DNA of 40,034 nucleotides from Candidatus Hydrogenedens sp. (GTDB taxonomy: Bacteria; Hydrogenedentota; Hydrogenedentia; Hydrogenedentales; Hydrogenedentaceae): the NCBI GenBank assembly GCA_049968235.1, contig JBMFRC010000027.1, positions 1 to 40,034 of the forward strand, read 5' to 3'. Every line of letters begins with the position of its first letter. The first letter of the stretch is position 1. Of this stretch, positions 27,463 through 36,223 are shown one piece after another. Under the pieces are notes generated by a model. It had not been told where the DNA came from. It saw only the letters and a list, made by a program, of their open reading frames with translations, and did not search any database. A program made the position numbers and the translations under genes.

Positions 27463-28776
27463 ATGAGTTCTGTTCGAATCGATTTTCAGAGAATCAACAA
27501 AAAAGTTATGGCAGTTGTTTTGGGGGGTGGTAGAGGCACAAGGTTATATCCATTAACGAAACTTCGGTCCAAGCCTGCAGTCCCTTTATGTGGGAGATAT
27601 CGGCTCATCGATATACCGCTGAGTAATTGTATTAATTCCGGGTTCATGCGAATTGTTGTTTTAACTCAATTTAATAGTCATTCCTTAAACCGTCATATTA
27701 TGAATGCTTATCACTTTGATGAATTTCACAGTGGCGGTGTTACCATTCTTGCTGCGGAACAAACCAATGAGACAGGGGATTGGTTTCAGGGCACTGCGGA
27801 TGCGGTTCGAAAGCATATTACCCATATTTATGAACCGGATGTACAATATTATCTCATTCTTTCCGGTGATCAGTTATATCGTATGGATTATCGAGATTTA
27901 TTAAAAACACATATCTCTAAAAAAGCAGAAATAACGGTATCTGCGTTGCCTGTGGGACGCAGTTCTGCATCGCAGTTCGGTATTATGCAGGTAGATTCGG
28001 AAGGAGGTATACAACGATTTGTGGAAAAGCCCAAAGAGGATGAAGTATTAGAGCAATTAACTACTCCCCCATCCCTTTTTGAGGAATTTGGTATTTCTGC
28101 AGAAGGGAAACCTTACTTAGCATCCATGGGCGTTTATGTTTTTAATGCAGATGTGCTAATCCATTTGTTGAGAGAACATCTGGAGTGGATAGATTTTGGT
28201 AAGCAATTGATTCCCGGTGCATTAGCCCAACATAAAGTATATGCACATATGTTTGATGGGTTCTGGGAGGATATAGGAACGGTTCGTTCTTATTACGATG
28301 TAAGTATTGCTATGACTTATGACCATCCCCCTTTTGAATTTCACGACCCGGAACAACCGATATATACACATCGAAGAGCCTTACCCGGTGCTAAAATTAT
28401 TTGCTCCGAAATTGACCATGCGATTGTCTGCTCCGGTGTCCGCATAGAAACAGCACGAGTTTGTCATTCCATTATTGGGATTCGCAGTATGATTTGTGAA
28501 TCTACGGTGATTGACCATAGTATTATATGTGGTGCGGATTCGTTTGAGATGGGAGCTGTCCGGCATCCTTCGGGTATTCCTATGGGAATTGGTCCCGGAA
28601 CTGTAATAGAAAAAGCCATCATTGACCATAATGTTCGTATCGGGAGAAATGTGATTATTCGTGGCGGAGATGATTTGAAGGATGGAGACTACAAGGGTTA
28701 TTCCATTCGCGATGGTATTGTTGTTGTCCATAAAAATGCCATTATTCCTGATGAAACAAAAATAGGGAAAGTGTAA
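27463..28776 (+). CDS. glgC: Glucose-1-phosphate adenylyltransferase (GlgC)-family NDP-sugar pyrophosphorylase
   Basis: The N-terminus VLGGGRGTRLYPLTKLRSKPAVPLCGRYRLIDIPLSNCINSGF is near-identical to the GlgC signature (GG-GTRL...KPAV..GG.YR.ID..LSNC.NSG). It is full length, with a C-terminal left-handed beta-helix (hexapeptide repeats). Confidence 0.7.
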   Translation: MSSVRIDFQRINKKVMAVVLGGGRGTRLYPLTKLRSKPAVPLCGRYRLIDIPLSNCINSGFMRIVVLTQFNSHSLNRHIMNAYHFDEFHSGGVTILAAEQTNETGDWFQGTADAVRKHITHIYEPDVQYYLILSGDQLYRMDYRDLLKTHISKKAEITVSALPVGRSSASQFGIMQVDSEGGIQRFVEKPKEDEVLEQLTTPPSLFEEFGISAEGKPYLASMGVYVFNADVLIHLLREHLEWIDFGKQLIPGALAQHKVYAHMFDGFWEDIGTVRSYYDVSIAMTYDHPPFEFHDPEQPIYTHRRALPGAKIICSEIDHAIVCSGVRIETARVCHSIIGIRSMICESTVIDHSIICGADSFEMGAVRHPSGIPMGIGPGTVIEKAIIDHNVRIGRNVIIRGGDDLKDGDYKGYSIRDGIVVVHKNAIIPDETKIGKV

Positions 28777-30899
28777 TGGGTGATATACAAAATACTGATG
28801 AACAAAAAGGAACAATAAACTCCGCTTCGGGGGAATTTCATTGGTATGAAGGATTAGCGATTTGCCTTTCGATGATAGGTGTTCAGTTATGTAGCGAAGT
28901 GATTAACCAATGGGGTTTGTATTTTTATTCTCCCTCCGGAGGAGTTGGTCGAACGGTCTATGTTTCTATTGGACTTGTTGGATATATATTTATAATTGGA
29001 ACATTCTGGGATGCCTTCAGTAGTCCATTAGTAGGTGCCTTATCCGATAAAACTCCAACCAGACCGGGACGATGGCGGATTATCCCTATTTATGGTCGTA
29101 GAAGACCCTATATTTTTTTAGGTGCGTTATTTATGGTTTTTACTATGATTGGTTTTTGGTTTCCACCGACAGGACATACTTCTTTTTTGAATTTTATTTA
29201 CGGGACTATTCTGTTATGTACTCATTGGACATTATTTTCAGTCGCTGTAATACCGTTAAACGCCTTAGGACCTGAAATAGCCCGTTCTGAATCAGCACGA
29301 GTTGCCCTGGGAACATGGACAGCCATTGGAATGATTATCGGATTGGCAATGGCGAACGCTTTACCGGGGATATTGATTTCAAAATTGGACCCGGCACGAG
29401 TGGAGAACCATTTGAAAATTGTTCTTGATGAAGATAAAACTTCGGATATATCTCGTGAAAAGATTGAAACCTGGTTGCAGACGTGGAAATTAACATCGGA
29501 TAAAATGGAAGGAATCGTTGAAGGAAAACAAAAGTCAACATTTAACATTCAAAATAATCTGTTCGATGAATTGCAGGAGAAAAGTATTACAAAAACCACA
29601 GATACTATTTTCCGTAAATTAGGTATTGACAAATATAAACAATTGCCTCGAAAAGCATTCAGGGCATTACAGGTGTCAACAAATTTAACCACACAGGAAT
29701 TATCAGAAAGGTTACGGAAAGAAGTTTATGAGTATTTAAAGATATGGGGTTCTAAGTGTATAAATGTACAAAAAGAAAATTCGGGTAATAAGATATACTT
29801 ACATTCGAAACTTTTGGAGGGTATAGAAACAAAGGACTTTATGGGAGAAGAATTTAAAGATAAGGATTTTTCCTTACAGGGGGAAACTTTGTCCATTATT
29901 TCGTCAGAACCTTTATCCGAAGAGGAAATAAACAGGATTCGGGAAACTGTTCTTTCTGCTGTGTTGAAAAAGCATCTTATTGTCTCTTCTTCGGGAGAGA
30001 ACCAGAATGTTGTGGTTATTTATTCCAGAGCATTAACCCAGTCGCTTGCCTTAGCAGGAATTCAGAGTTCGCTTCCCGGTACTCCTATCGTAGATATAAA
30101 TTGGGTGGCAGAAAGTTTTTCTCCTACGGGCTATCGCAGGGTCGCAACAGTATTTGCACTCATTTCATTTGTGCTGTTTTTATTACCGGTAATTTTTATC
30201 CGGGAGCGGTATAATTCAGAAGCGGTACAAAGCGAACCATTGCCATGGGGACAGGGACTAAAAGATGCATTGCGAAACAAGCCGTTTATGATTTATGCCT
30301 GGTCGTTCTTCCTGTTTACTATTGGATTTTTGGCTGTTCAGCGTGTTCTACCGTATTGGGCGGAGTTAGGGCTGGATGGAGATGAAAGCACGATTACCTT
30401 CTTATTGATACCGTTCATACTGGTAGCCATAATATCTTATGCAGTGATACCCATTGTAGCAAAGTATTTACATATGAAATGGCTTATGTTTATTGCGTTA
30501 GGAATTATCGCTTCAGGGATGCCATTTTTGTATATGATTGGAAAATGGAATGTAGATTTTACTGTGCGAACAATTATGGGTATGGTTTTATTCGGTTATT
30601 GTGGTATAGGACAAGCCATAATTTATGTGATGATGATACCTATGCTGGGGGATATTATTGATTATGATGAAAAATTTTCCGGAGAGCGTCGTGAAGCAGT
30701 TTATAACGGTCTTAGTGCTTTTATCTGGAAAGCCTCCATGGCAGGTTCTATCTGGTTGGCTTCACAATCGATGAGTTTATGGGGCAATTCCGTTGAACGC
30801 TATACAGGTGTATTGCTCGTTGGACCCTTTGCGGGGATTTTTGGATTGTTAGGGATGATTTTGATTTCTTTTTATCCATCTCATTGGAGAGAGGGATAA
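28776..30899 (+). CDS. GPH-family (glycoside-pentoside-hexuronide:cation symporter-like) MFS membrane protein with a ~230-aa inserted soluble domain
   Basis: The start overlaps the GlgC stop (TAATG). The GPH signature is DAFSSPLVGALSDKT...GRRRPYI. Five N-terminal TM helices are followed by a long hydrophilic insertion (about residues 200-430), then about 7 more TM helices. Confidence 0.6.
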   Translation: MGDIQNTDEQKGTINSASGEFHWYEGLAICLSMIGVQLCSEVINQWGLYFYSPSGGVGRTVYVSIGLVGYIFIIGTFWDAFSSPLVGALSDKTPTRPGRWRIIPIYGRRRPYIFLGALFMVFTMIGFWFPPTGHTSFLNFIYGTILLCTHWTLFSVAVIPLNALGPEIARSESARVALGTWTAIGMIIGLAMANALPGILISKLDPARVENHLKIVLDEDKTSDISREKIETWLQTWKLTSDKMEGIVEGKQKSTFNIQNNLFDELQEKSITKTTDTIFRKLGIDKYKQLPRKAFRALQVSTNLTTQELSERLRKEVYEYLKIWGSKCINVQKENSGNKIYLHSKLLEGIETKDFMGEEFKDKDFSLQGETLSIISSEPLSEEEINRIRETVLSAVLKKHLIVSSSGENQNVVVIYSRALTQSLALAGIQSSLPGTPIVDINWVAESFSPTGYRRVATVFALISFVLFLLPVIFIRERYNSEAVQSEPLPWGQGLKDALRNKPFMIYAWSFFLFTIGFLAVQRVLPYWAELGLDGDESTITFLLIPFILVAIISYAVIPIVAKYLHMKWLMFIALGIIASGMPFLYMIGKWNVDFTVRTIMGMVLFGYCGIGQAIIYVMMIPMLGDIIDYDEKFSGERREAVYNGLSAFIWKASMAGSIWLASQSMSLWGNSVERYTGVLLVGPFAGIFGLLGMILISFYPSHWREG

Positions 30900-30937
30900 T
30901 GGTTGTTCTTTCAGATGGGTCAGACGAGGTAGACAGG

Positions 30938-32170
30938 TCAGACAGTCCTTCTCAGTTTTGAGAAAACACTTAAATATTTTTTTGCATTTTCTCTCCGTGT
31001 AAAATGAGCAAGGACATATTCCCTTCCCTTTTTCCCAAAGTTCTTTCGCAATTCTGGGTTTTGAATCATTTTGATTAAGCCCGAAGTATATTCCTCTACA
31101 TTTTCCGGTTCAACAGTAATTCCTGCATTGGCTTCTTCTAAAATGTCACGGGCTTGACCTTCCGCCCCCAGTAGAATGGGACGTTCACAAGCCATAATCT
31201 CAAACATTTTAGAGGGGATATTATAACGAAAAACATCACGTTTTTTTAAGGGAACAAGGCATATATCTGCAGAAGAATACCAGTCAGGCATAACCTGTTT
31301 TTTTACAGGCGGATAAAACTCGATATTGGTTAGTTCTTTCTCTTGTGCAATCGCAATTAGTCGTTCGCGGTCTGCCCCAGCACCGACAAAGACAAAAAGG
31401 ATATTAGGGTTATCTTTGAAATTTTCTGCTACCTGTAAGATTGTTTCTAACCCCTGAGAAAGACCCATAGTCCCGATATATAACACCACAATTTTAGAAG
31501 AGTCCCAATTCTTTTCCTGACGAATTTTTTCCCCACCCGGGCTCGGTTTAAAAAAATCCTCGTTTATTCCATTGGGAATGGTGAAAATTTTATTTCCATC
31601 AAAGCCGCGTCTTTCAATTTCATGAGACATAGCAGGGGCTATTGTAACAATTGCTTTTGCTCGATGGTAAAGAAAAGATTCTAAGGAAGAAAGCAAATAG
31701 ATAATAAAGCGATTTTTTATTACACCCAAATCAATAATCTGGGCAGGCCAGAGGTCGCGTATTTCGAGGACAAACGGTCTCCATTTAAACAGAGAAACGA
31801 TATATCCTGCCAGACCACATAACATTTGAGGAGAAGTGGCTACAACTACATCACATTTCTGGGTAAAGAAAATAGCAACCAGAATAGAAGAAATCATATA
31901 AGTGAGAAAGGCAAAACTTCGTTTCAATACACCGCGGTTCGGTGTCGCATAAAGCCATCCGCGGAGTACACGAATCCCATCCCAATTTTCACGAACAAGC
32001 CACCTGCCCCGATATCCGGGGGGAATAACGCCATCGGGATGATTGGGCAGTCCACATACCACTGTAACCTCATGCCCTTCTTGAACCCAATATTTAGCAT
32101 GCTCATAAGTTCGGGCAGACGGAGCCCCCATTTCAGGGGGGAAATATTGACACAAAAAGAGAATCTTCAT
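30938..32170 (-). CDS. GT4-family glycosyltransferase (WcaI/WbuB-like)
   Basis: The N-terminal KILFLCQYFPPEMGAPSARTYEHAKYW...GHEVTVV is typical of GT4 GT-B enzymes. C-terminal EX7E-like region (EIMACERPIL...). Convergent with the preceding operon. Confidence 0.8.
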   Translation of the reverse strand: MKILFLCQYFPPEMGAPSARTYEHAKYWVQEGHEVTVVCGLPNHPDGVIPPGYRGRWLVRENWDGIRVLRGWLYATPNRGVLKRSFAFLTYMISSILVAIFFTQKCDVVVATSPQMLCGLAGYIVSLFKWRPFVLEIRDLWPAQIIDLGVIKNRFIIYLLSSLESFLYHRAKAIVTIAPAMSHEIERRGFDGNKIFTIPNGINEDFFKPSPGGEKIRQEKNWDSSKIVVLYIGTMGLSQGLETILQVAENFKDNPNILFVFVGAGADRERLIAIAQEKELTNIEFYPPVKKQVMPDWYSSADICLVPLKKRDVFRYNIPSKMFEIMACERPILLGAEGQARDILEEANAGITVEPENVEEYTSGLIKMIQNPELRKNFGKKGREYVLAHFTRRENAKKYLSVFSKLRRTV

Positions 32171-32291
32171 GGAATTCTAACTTTCTACTTTGATGTTTTA
32201 TATCTAATTTATTTTACATCATTTTACCCATGAATTATTCATTTTATAAAAATACATGTCTCCTTAACGGGGGAGGATTTGCGTTTTTTCT

Positions 32292-32339
32292 TTTGATATA
32301 ATTATGGAACAACAATTTGATATAATTATGGAACAACAA
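32292..32339 (+). repeat. Perfect 24-bp tandem direct repeat (2 copies) immediately upstream of the FmdB gene; candidate operator or duplicated promoter element
   Basis: tttgatataattatggaacaacaa occurs at 32292-32315 and again at 32316-32339 with no mismatch. Each copy contains a TATAAT hexamer. The RBS GGAGTAAG and the ATG at 32351 follow directly. Confidence 0.85.
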
Positions 32340-32350
32340 GGAGTAAGAAA

Positions 32351-32590
32351 ATGCCATTATTTGAGTATGAATGCAAAAACTGTCAAAAAACTTTTGAGGT
32401 GCTGGTTAAAAATGTAGAAGAACAAATTTCGTGTCCCGAATGTGGTTCTAAAAAAGTAGAAAAGATGTTAAGTCATTTTGCTCCTATGGGTTCGAGTTCT
32501 AAGAAAAGGATAAATATGGGTTGCATCGAGGACACAGGTCCCCGCTGTTCCTTGAAAGATTCGGGTGGTTCTTGTGGATGTGGAATGTAA
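32351..32590 (+). CDS. FmdB-family zinc-ribbon protein
   Basis: MPLFEYECKNCQKTFEVLVKNVEEQISCPECGS, the canonical FmdB CxxC...CxxC zinc ribbon. The Cys/Gly-rich tail is GGSCGCGM. Confidence 0.75.
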   Translation: MPLFEYECKNCQKTFEVLVKNVEEQISCPECGSKKVEKMLSHFAPMGSSSKKRINMGCIEDTGPRCSLKDSGGSCGCGM

Positions 32591-33877
32591 TTATCCGTTG
32601 CGTTGTACCAGAACGGTTTGTTCGTATTTTTTAACCTCGTGTAGCCAATTAATGCCCACAGGAACATCCTTTTTAAGGCAATAATAATCCCAAACGGCGG
32701 ACCAGGGCAAATTCTTTATTTCCTCTAATAGAGCCAGTCGACTTGTATAATCGCCCGAATTTTCCAGTTCTTTTAAGAGGGTTACAGGTTCTAACAATGA
32801 TTTTAATAATGCGCGCAGTACGGCGCGTGTTCCCGTTACCCACGCTGAAATGCGGTTGATACTGGCATCGAAAAAGTCCAGTCCGATATGAACACGGGCA
32901 AATAAATTATTCCGTGCAATTTCGTCCATGAGTGCAGAAACATCATCATTTACAATGACGACATGGTCGCTATCCCACCGGACACCTCTGCTAATATGCA
33001 ATAGAACTTCGGGAATATATAACAAGACGGAAGATAGTTTATCAGCAACCAATTCGGTTGGGTGGAAATGTCCCATATCGAGGCAAAGGATTTTTTGCTT
33101 ACGGACAGCATATCCTAAATAAAATTCATGCGAACCGACAACATAACATTCAGACCCTATCCCAAACAATTTGCTTTCAATAGAGTCTTTGTTCCATGTT
33201 TCGTCTATGGGTTTTGCAAAGATTTCATCCAGCGATTCTTTCAGTCGTTGACGGGGTCCTAATCTATCCACGGGTAGGTCTTTGTATCCATCAGGTATCC
33301 AGATATTGGTAACACAAGTTTTTCCCAGTGTTTTCCCAAAATAAGCACCAATGTCCCTACAAATTATACAGTGCCGTATCCAGAATTCACGGATAGAGCG
33401 GTCATTATGAGAGAGTGTAAACCCCGAATCTGCTAATGGATGAGCAAAGCAGGTGGGGTTAAAATCTATACCCAATCCATTTTCCTTTGCCCAATCTGCC
33501 CAGCGAGAAAAATGTTCCGGGGTCAGGGCATCCCGTTCTACCTTTTTCCCCTGTGTTTCCGCATAAATTGCATGTAAATTGATACGATGTTTTCCGGGGA
33601 TTAAGGATAAGGCTTTTTCAATATCCTGGCGTAATTCATCTGCATTTCTTGCTTTACCGGGATAATTCCCTGTTGCTTGTATTCCACCACTGGAAGAGGT
33701 TTCTATATGTTCAAACCCACTGACATCATCTCCCTGCCAGCAATGTAAGGAGACAGGAATGCTCTCTAAGGATTTTAGAACGGTTTCTGTATCTACCTGG
33801 AAAGTAGAGAACATTTCTCGGGCAATTTCATACGATTTTTCTATCTGATTTGTGCGATATACTGGAATATTAGGCAT
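32591..33877 (-). CDS. rhaA: L-rhamnose isomerase
   Basis: Near-colinear match to E. coli RhaA motifs: [91 protein letters not shown]. Length 428 aa. Confidence 0.95.
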   Translation of the reverse strand: MPNIPVYRTNQIEKSYEIAREMFSTFQVDTETVLKSLESIPVSLHCWQGDDVSGFEHIETSSSGGIQATGNYPGKARNADELRQDIEKALSLIPGKHRINLHAIYAETQGKKVERDALTPEHFSRWADWAKENGLGIDFNPTCFAHPLADSGFTLSHNDRSIREFWIRHCIICRDIGAYFGKTLGKTCVTNIWIPDGYKDLPVDRLGPRQRLKESLDEIFAKPIDETWNKDSIESKLFGIGSECYVVGSHEFYLGYAVRKQKILCLDMGHFHPTELVADKLSSVLLYIPEVLLHISRGVRWDSDHVVIVNDDVSALMDEIARNNLFARVHIGLDFFDASINRISAWVTGTRAVLRALLKSLLEPVTLLKELENSGDYTSRLALLEEIKNLPWSAVWDYYCLKKDVPVGINWLHEVKKYEQTVLVQRNG

Positions 33878-34070
33878 AAAATTTAACCTTATTGTTTATT
33901 AAAGTTATTTATTCTATAAAATGAATAAAGTCGTATATTTTATAATTCTACTTTATTTGTGAATTCAACTGCGAAAACGGGTTATTTGTCGTAAAATATG
34001 GATAGAGATTTCGTTATAATATAGTAATGGGATTATATAAATAACCAAATTACAGAAGGAATGATACACA

Positions 34071-34472
34071 ATGGCACACAACTCAGGTTTCACTCTCATA
34101 GAACTTATTCTGGTAACGATTATCATCGGTATTCTTGCGGGTATGGTGGTGATGAATTATGGAGGTAGAGTGCGTGAAACACAAATTCGAGCTGCAAAAG
34201 GCGATATAGCAACTTATTGTAATGCTGTAGACTTGTATGCATTAGACCATAATGATAAATATCCTGCCAGTTTAGAAGATTTAGTCAGCGGTGAGCGTCG
34301 TTATGTTCGTGAAGTCCGTCCTGACCCATGGGGCAATCCATATATTTATAAACCAGCTACTGACCCATTAAAAGCAGATTATCAAATTTTTTCGGCCGGA
34401 CCGGATGGTGTTCCCGGAAATGAAGATGATGTTACATCTTCATCAAAGACAGAACTTACATCGAAAAAATAA
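34071..34472 (+). CDS. gspG: Type II secretion major pseudopilin GspG
   Basis: Prepilin leader plus GFTLIELILVTIIIGILAGM (cleavage/methylation motif). The GspG-specific PDPWGNPYIY motif is present. 133 aa. Confidence 0.85.
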   Translation: MAHNSGFTLIELILVTIIIGILAGMVVMNYGGRVRETQIRAAKGDIATYCNAVDLYALDHNDKYPASLEDLVSGERRYVREVRPDPWGNPYIYKPATDPLKADYQIFSAGPDGVPGNEDDVTSSSKTELTSKK

Positions 34473-34500
34473 CTATATCAAGAATTAAGATACGAACAGG

Positions 34501-35022
34501 GTGCATATTATTTATTATGTAAAAAAAGCAAAATATGGATTTACTCTCCTTGAGTTAGTCGTTGTAGTAGCATTGATTTCCATACTGACAGGTATGATTA
34601 TCCCGATATATAACCGCACGATGTATTCACTCCGTATAAGAAATACCACGCAGGATATAACCTCGCTAATTCGGTATGCTCAGGAAAAAGCAGTAGCAGA
34701 ATCACGCGAATTTCGTGTGCTAATTGATGAGGAAAAGGGGACTTTTTCATTGTTTCGTTTGAAAAGCCAATCTTGGGATGGAGAAAAAGAGTTCGAACCT
34801 GTGGGAACCGCAGATGGAGGTGGAATGATTACCCTGCCCGAAACAATACAAATTTCACGAATAACAGCGGGTAAGGACCGAAAAACAGGTATCCGTTATA
34901 TTTCCTGCTATCCTAATGGTGCTTCCGACCCGGGGCAAATTGAGTTAGAGCCACAAATTCGAGGACAACAACGTATTCTTATTAAGTGGACAGGAGCATT
35001 GGGGAGGTTTGAAATAAAATGA
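34501..35022 (+). CDS. Minor pseudopilin (GspH-like)
   Basis: N-terminal prepilin-type motif GFTLLELVVVVALISILTGM. Size about 170 aa and position after gspG. Confidence 0.55.
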   Translation: MHIIYYVKKAKYGFTLLELVVVVALISILTGMIIPIYNRTMYSLRIRNTTQDITSLIRYAQEKAVAESREFRVLIDEEKGTFSLFRLKSQSWDGEKEFEPVGTADGGGMITLPETIQISRITAGKDRKTGIRYISCYPNGASDPGQIELEPQIRGQQRILIKWTGALGRFEIK

Positions 35023-35486
35023 GACGGACTGCACAAGAAATGGGTTATATATTATTTGAAGCAGTATTTTCTATGGCGATATTAAGTATTGCGGGTTTGA
35101 CCTTCCAGTCTGCCTTACACCAAGCCATTTTAACCCGTGGACAAGCCCTTGATTATACAACTGCTAAATTCCTGCTGGAGCAAATGAATGCAGAGATAGA
35201 ATTACAACCCCAACATGTAGAAGGTGAAAAATCGGGAACTTTTCCAGAACCATATAATCGCTTTTCATATCAATACCAAATTTCCAAATTACCCATACCC
35301 AAACCGGAGTTACCACCTGAATTACCGCCACAACTCCGTGAGAATTTAGAAAAAATGTTCCGTGACTATATTACAAAAGTAGACATCTGGATACGGTGGC
35401 AAAGGGCAGGAATGAAATTTGAAGTCCATGCCCAGAATTTATTTCAACCTGAGAAGTTATGGACACCCGAAGAATATCAACAATAA
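35019..35486 (+). CDS. Minor pseudopilin-like protein (GspI-like, divergent prepilin N-terminus)
   Basis: The start overlaps the previous stop. The N-terminal hydrophobic helix GYILFEAVFSMAILSIAG resembles the class III signal/pseudopilin helix but lacks the canonical F/E pattern. Operon position supports the call. Confidence 0.4.
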   Translation: MRRTAQEMGYILFEAVFSMAILSIAGLTFQSALHQAILTRGQALDYTTAKFLLEQMNAEIELQPQHVEGEKSGTFPEPYNRFSYQYQISKLPIPKPELPPELPPQLRENLEKMFRDYITKVDIWIRWQRAGMKFEVHAQNLFQPEKLWTPEEYQQ

Positions 35487-36223
35487 AAAATAGGTTATTA
35501 CTTTGTCCCCGACAGAGAGGCTTCACATTAATGGAACTTCTTGTCGCTACGACATTGTTAAGTATTGTCCTTTCTTCTGTTTATGTGCTTTTTCACTCAT
35601 CAATCCAGACATGGAAACGACTGGAGTCGGGTGTCAATCCTCAGCAAGATGCTCGCCTTGTAATGAATCTGATAGGCAGGGATATAAACAATCTTATTGC
35701 TTCTGCGGGACATTTATTTGAGGGAGATGACCAGCAGATGACTTTATTTGTTATTACGGAACCATTTGATAAGGATACAGGAGAAGGGGGACATCTTATG
35801 CGGATTGAGTATAAATATAATCGGGGGCAGAAACGATTGGAACGGGAAGAAGCATTGGTAGAGACTGCATTGCCCAAAGTACCTCCTGCCAATCGTGAAC
35901 TTGACCGTTCGCGGGTTAAGGTAACCAGAAAAAAGAAGGTAACCCTTGTAGAAAATGTACGGGAATTTGAAATAACTTATATCTGGATTCCCTATGATGA
36001 GAAAAGGAACTGGAAGGAACCTCCAAGCCCTGTTGAGCCTGTGCGTGTTCAGAAACATAAACTTTGTTGGTGGCTACCTCAGGGTATAGAGATTAAAATG
36101 GCTCTTTATGACCCTGACCAACCGGAAGGGGAAACAGTATATAAGGAAACTTTTCCAATTCGTGCTCCTTCTGCCCATTTAACGGAAGAACAACTTCAGA
36201 AATTGCTAAGGGATGAGTTATGA
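35459..36223 (+). CDS. Minor pseudopilin (GspJ-like)
   Basis: Prepilin motif RGFTLMELLVATTLLSIVLSSV. About 250 aa, as for GspJ. Confidence 0.55.
   Translation: MDTRRISTIKNRLLLCPRQRGFTLMELLVATTLLSIVLSSVYVLFHSSIQTWKRLESGVNPQQDARLVMNLIGRDINNLIASAGHLFEGDDQQMTLFVITEPFDKDTGEGGHLMRIEYKYNRGQKRLEREEALVETALPKVPPANRELDRSRVKVTRKKKVTLVENVREFEITYIWIPYDEKRNWKEPPSPVEPVRVQKHKLCWWLPQGIEIKMALYDPDQPEGETVYKETFPIRAPSAHLTEEQLQKLLRDEL

Noticed and set aside
32292-32339. Possible minimal CRISPR-like array
   Set aside because: There are only two directly abutting copies with no spacers, and the unit is AT-rich and non-palindromic. It is a simple tandem duplication.
33976-34010. TTGTCG ... TATAAT upstream of gspG
   Set aside because: The spacing of about 23 bp is too long for a canonical sigma70 promoter. 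Only the -10-like element is convincing, so I do not annotate it.
35503-36058. Alternative-frame and antisense ORFs within the gspJ-like gene
   Set aside because: The prepilin motif and operon logic support the 35459-36223 frame; the others have no features.
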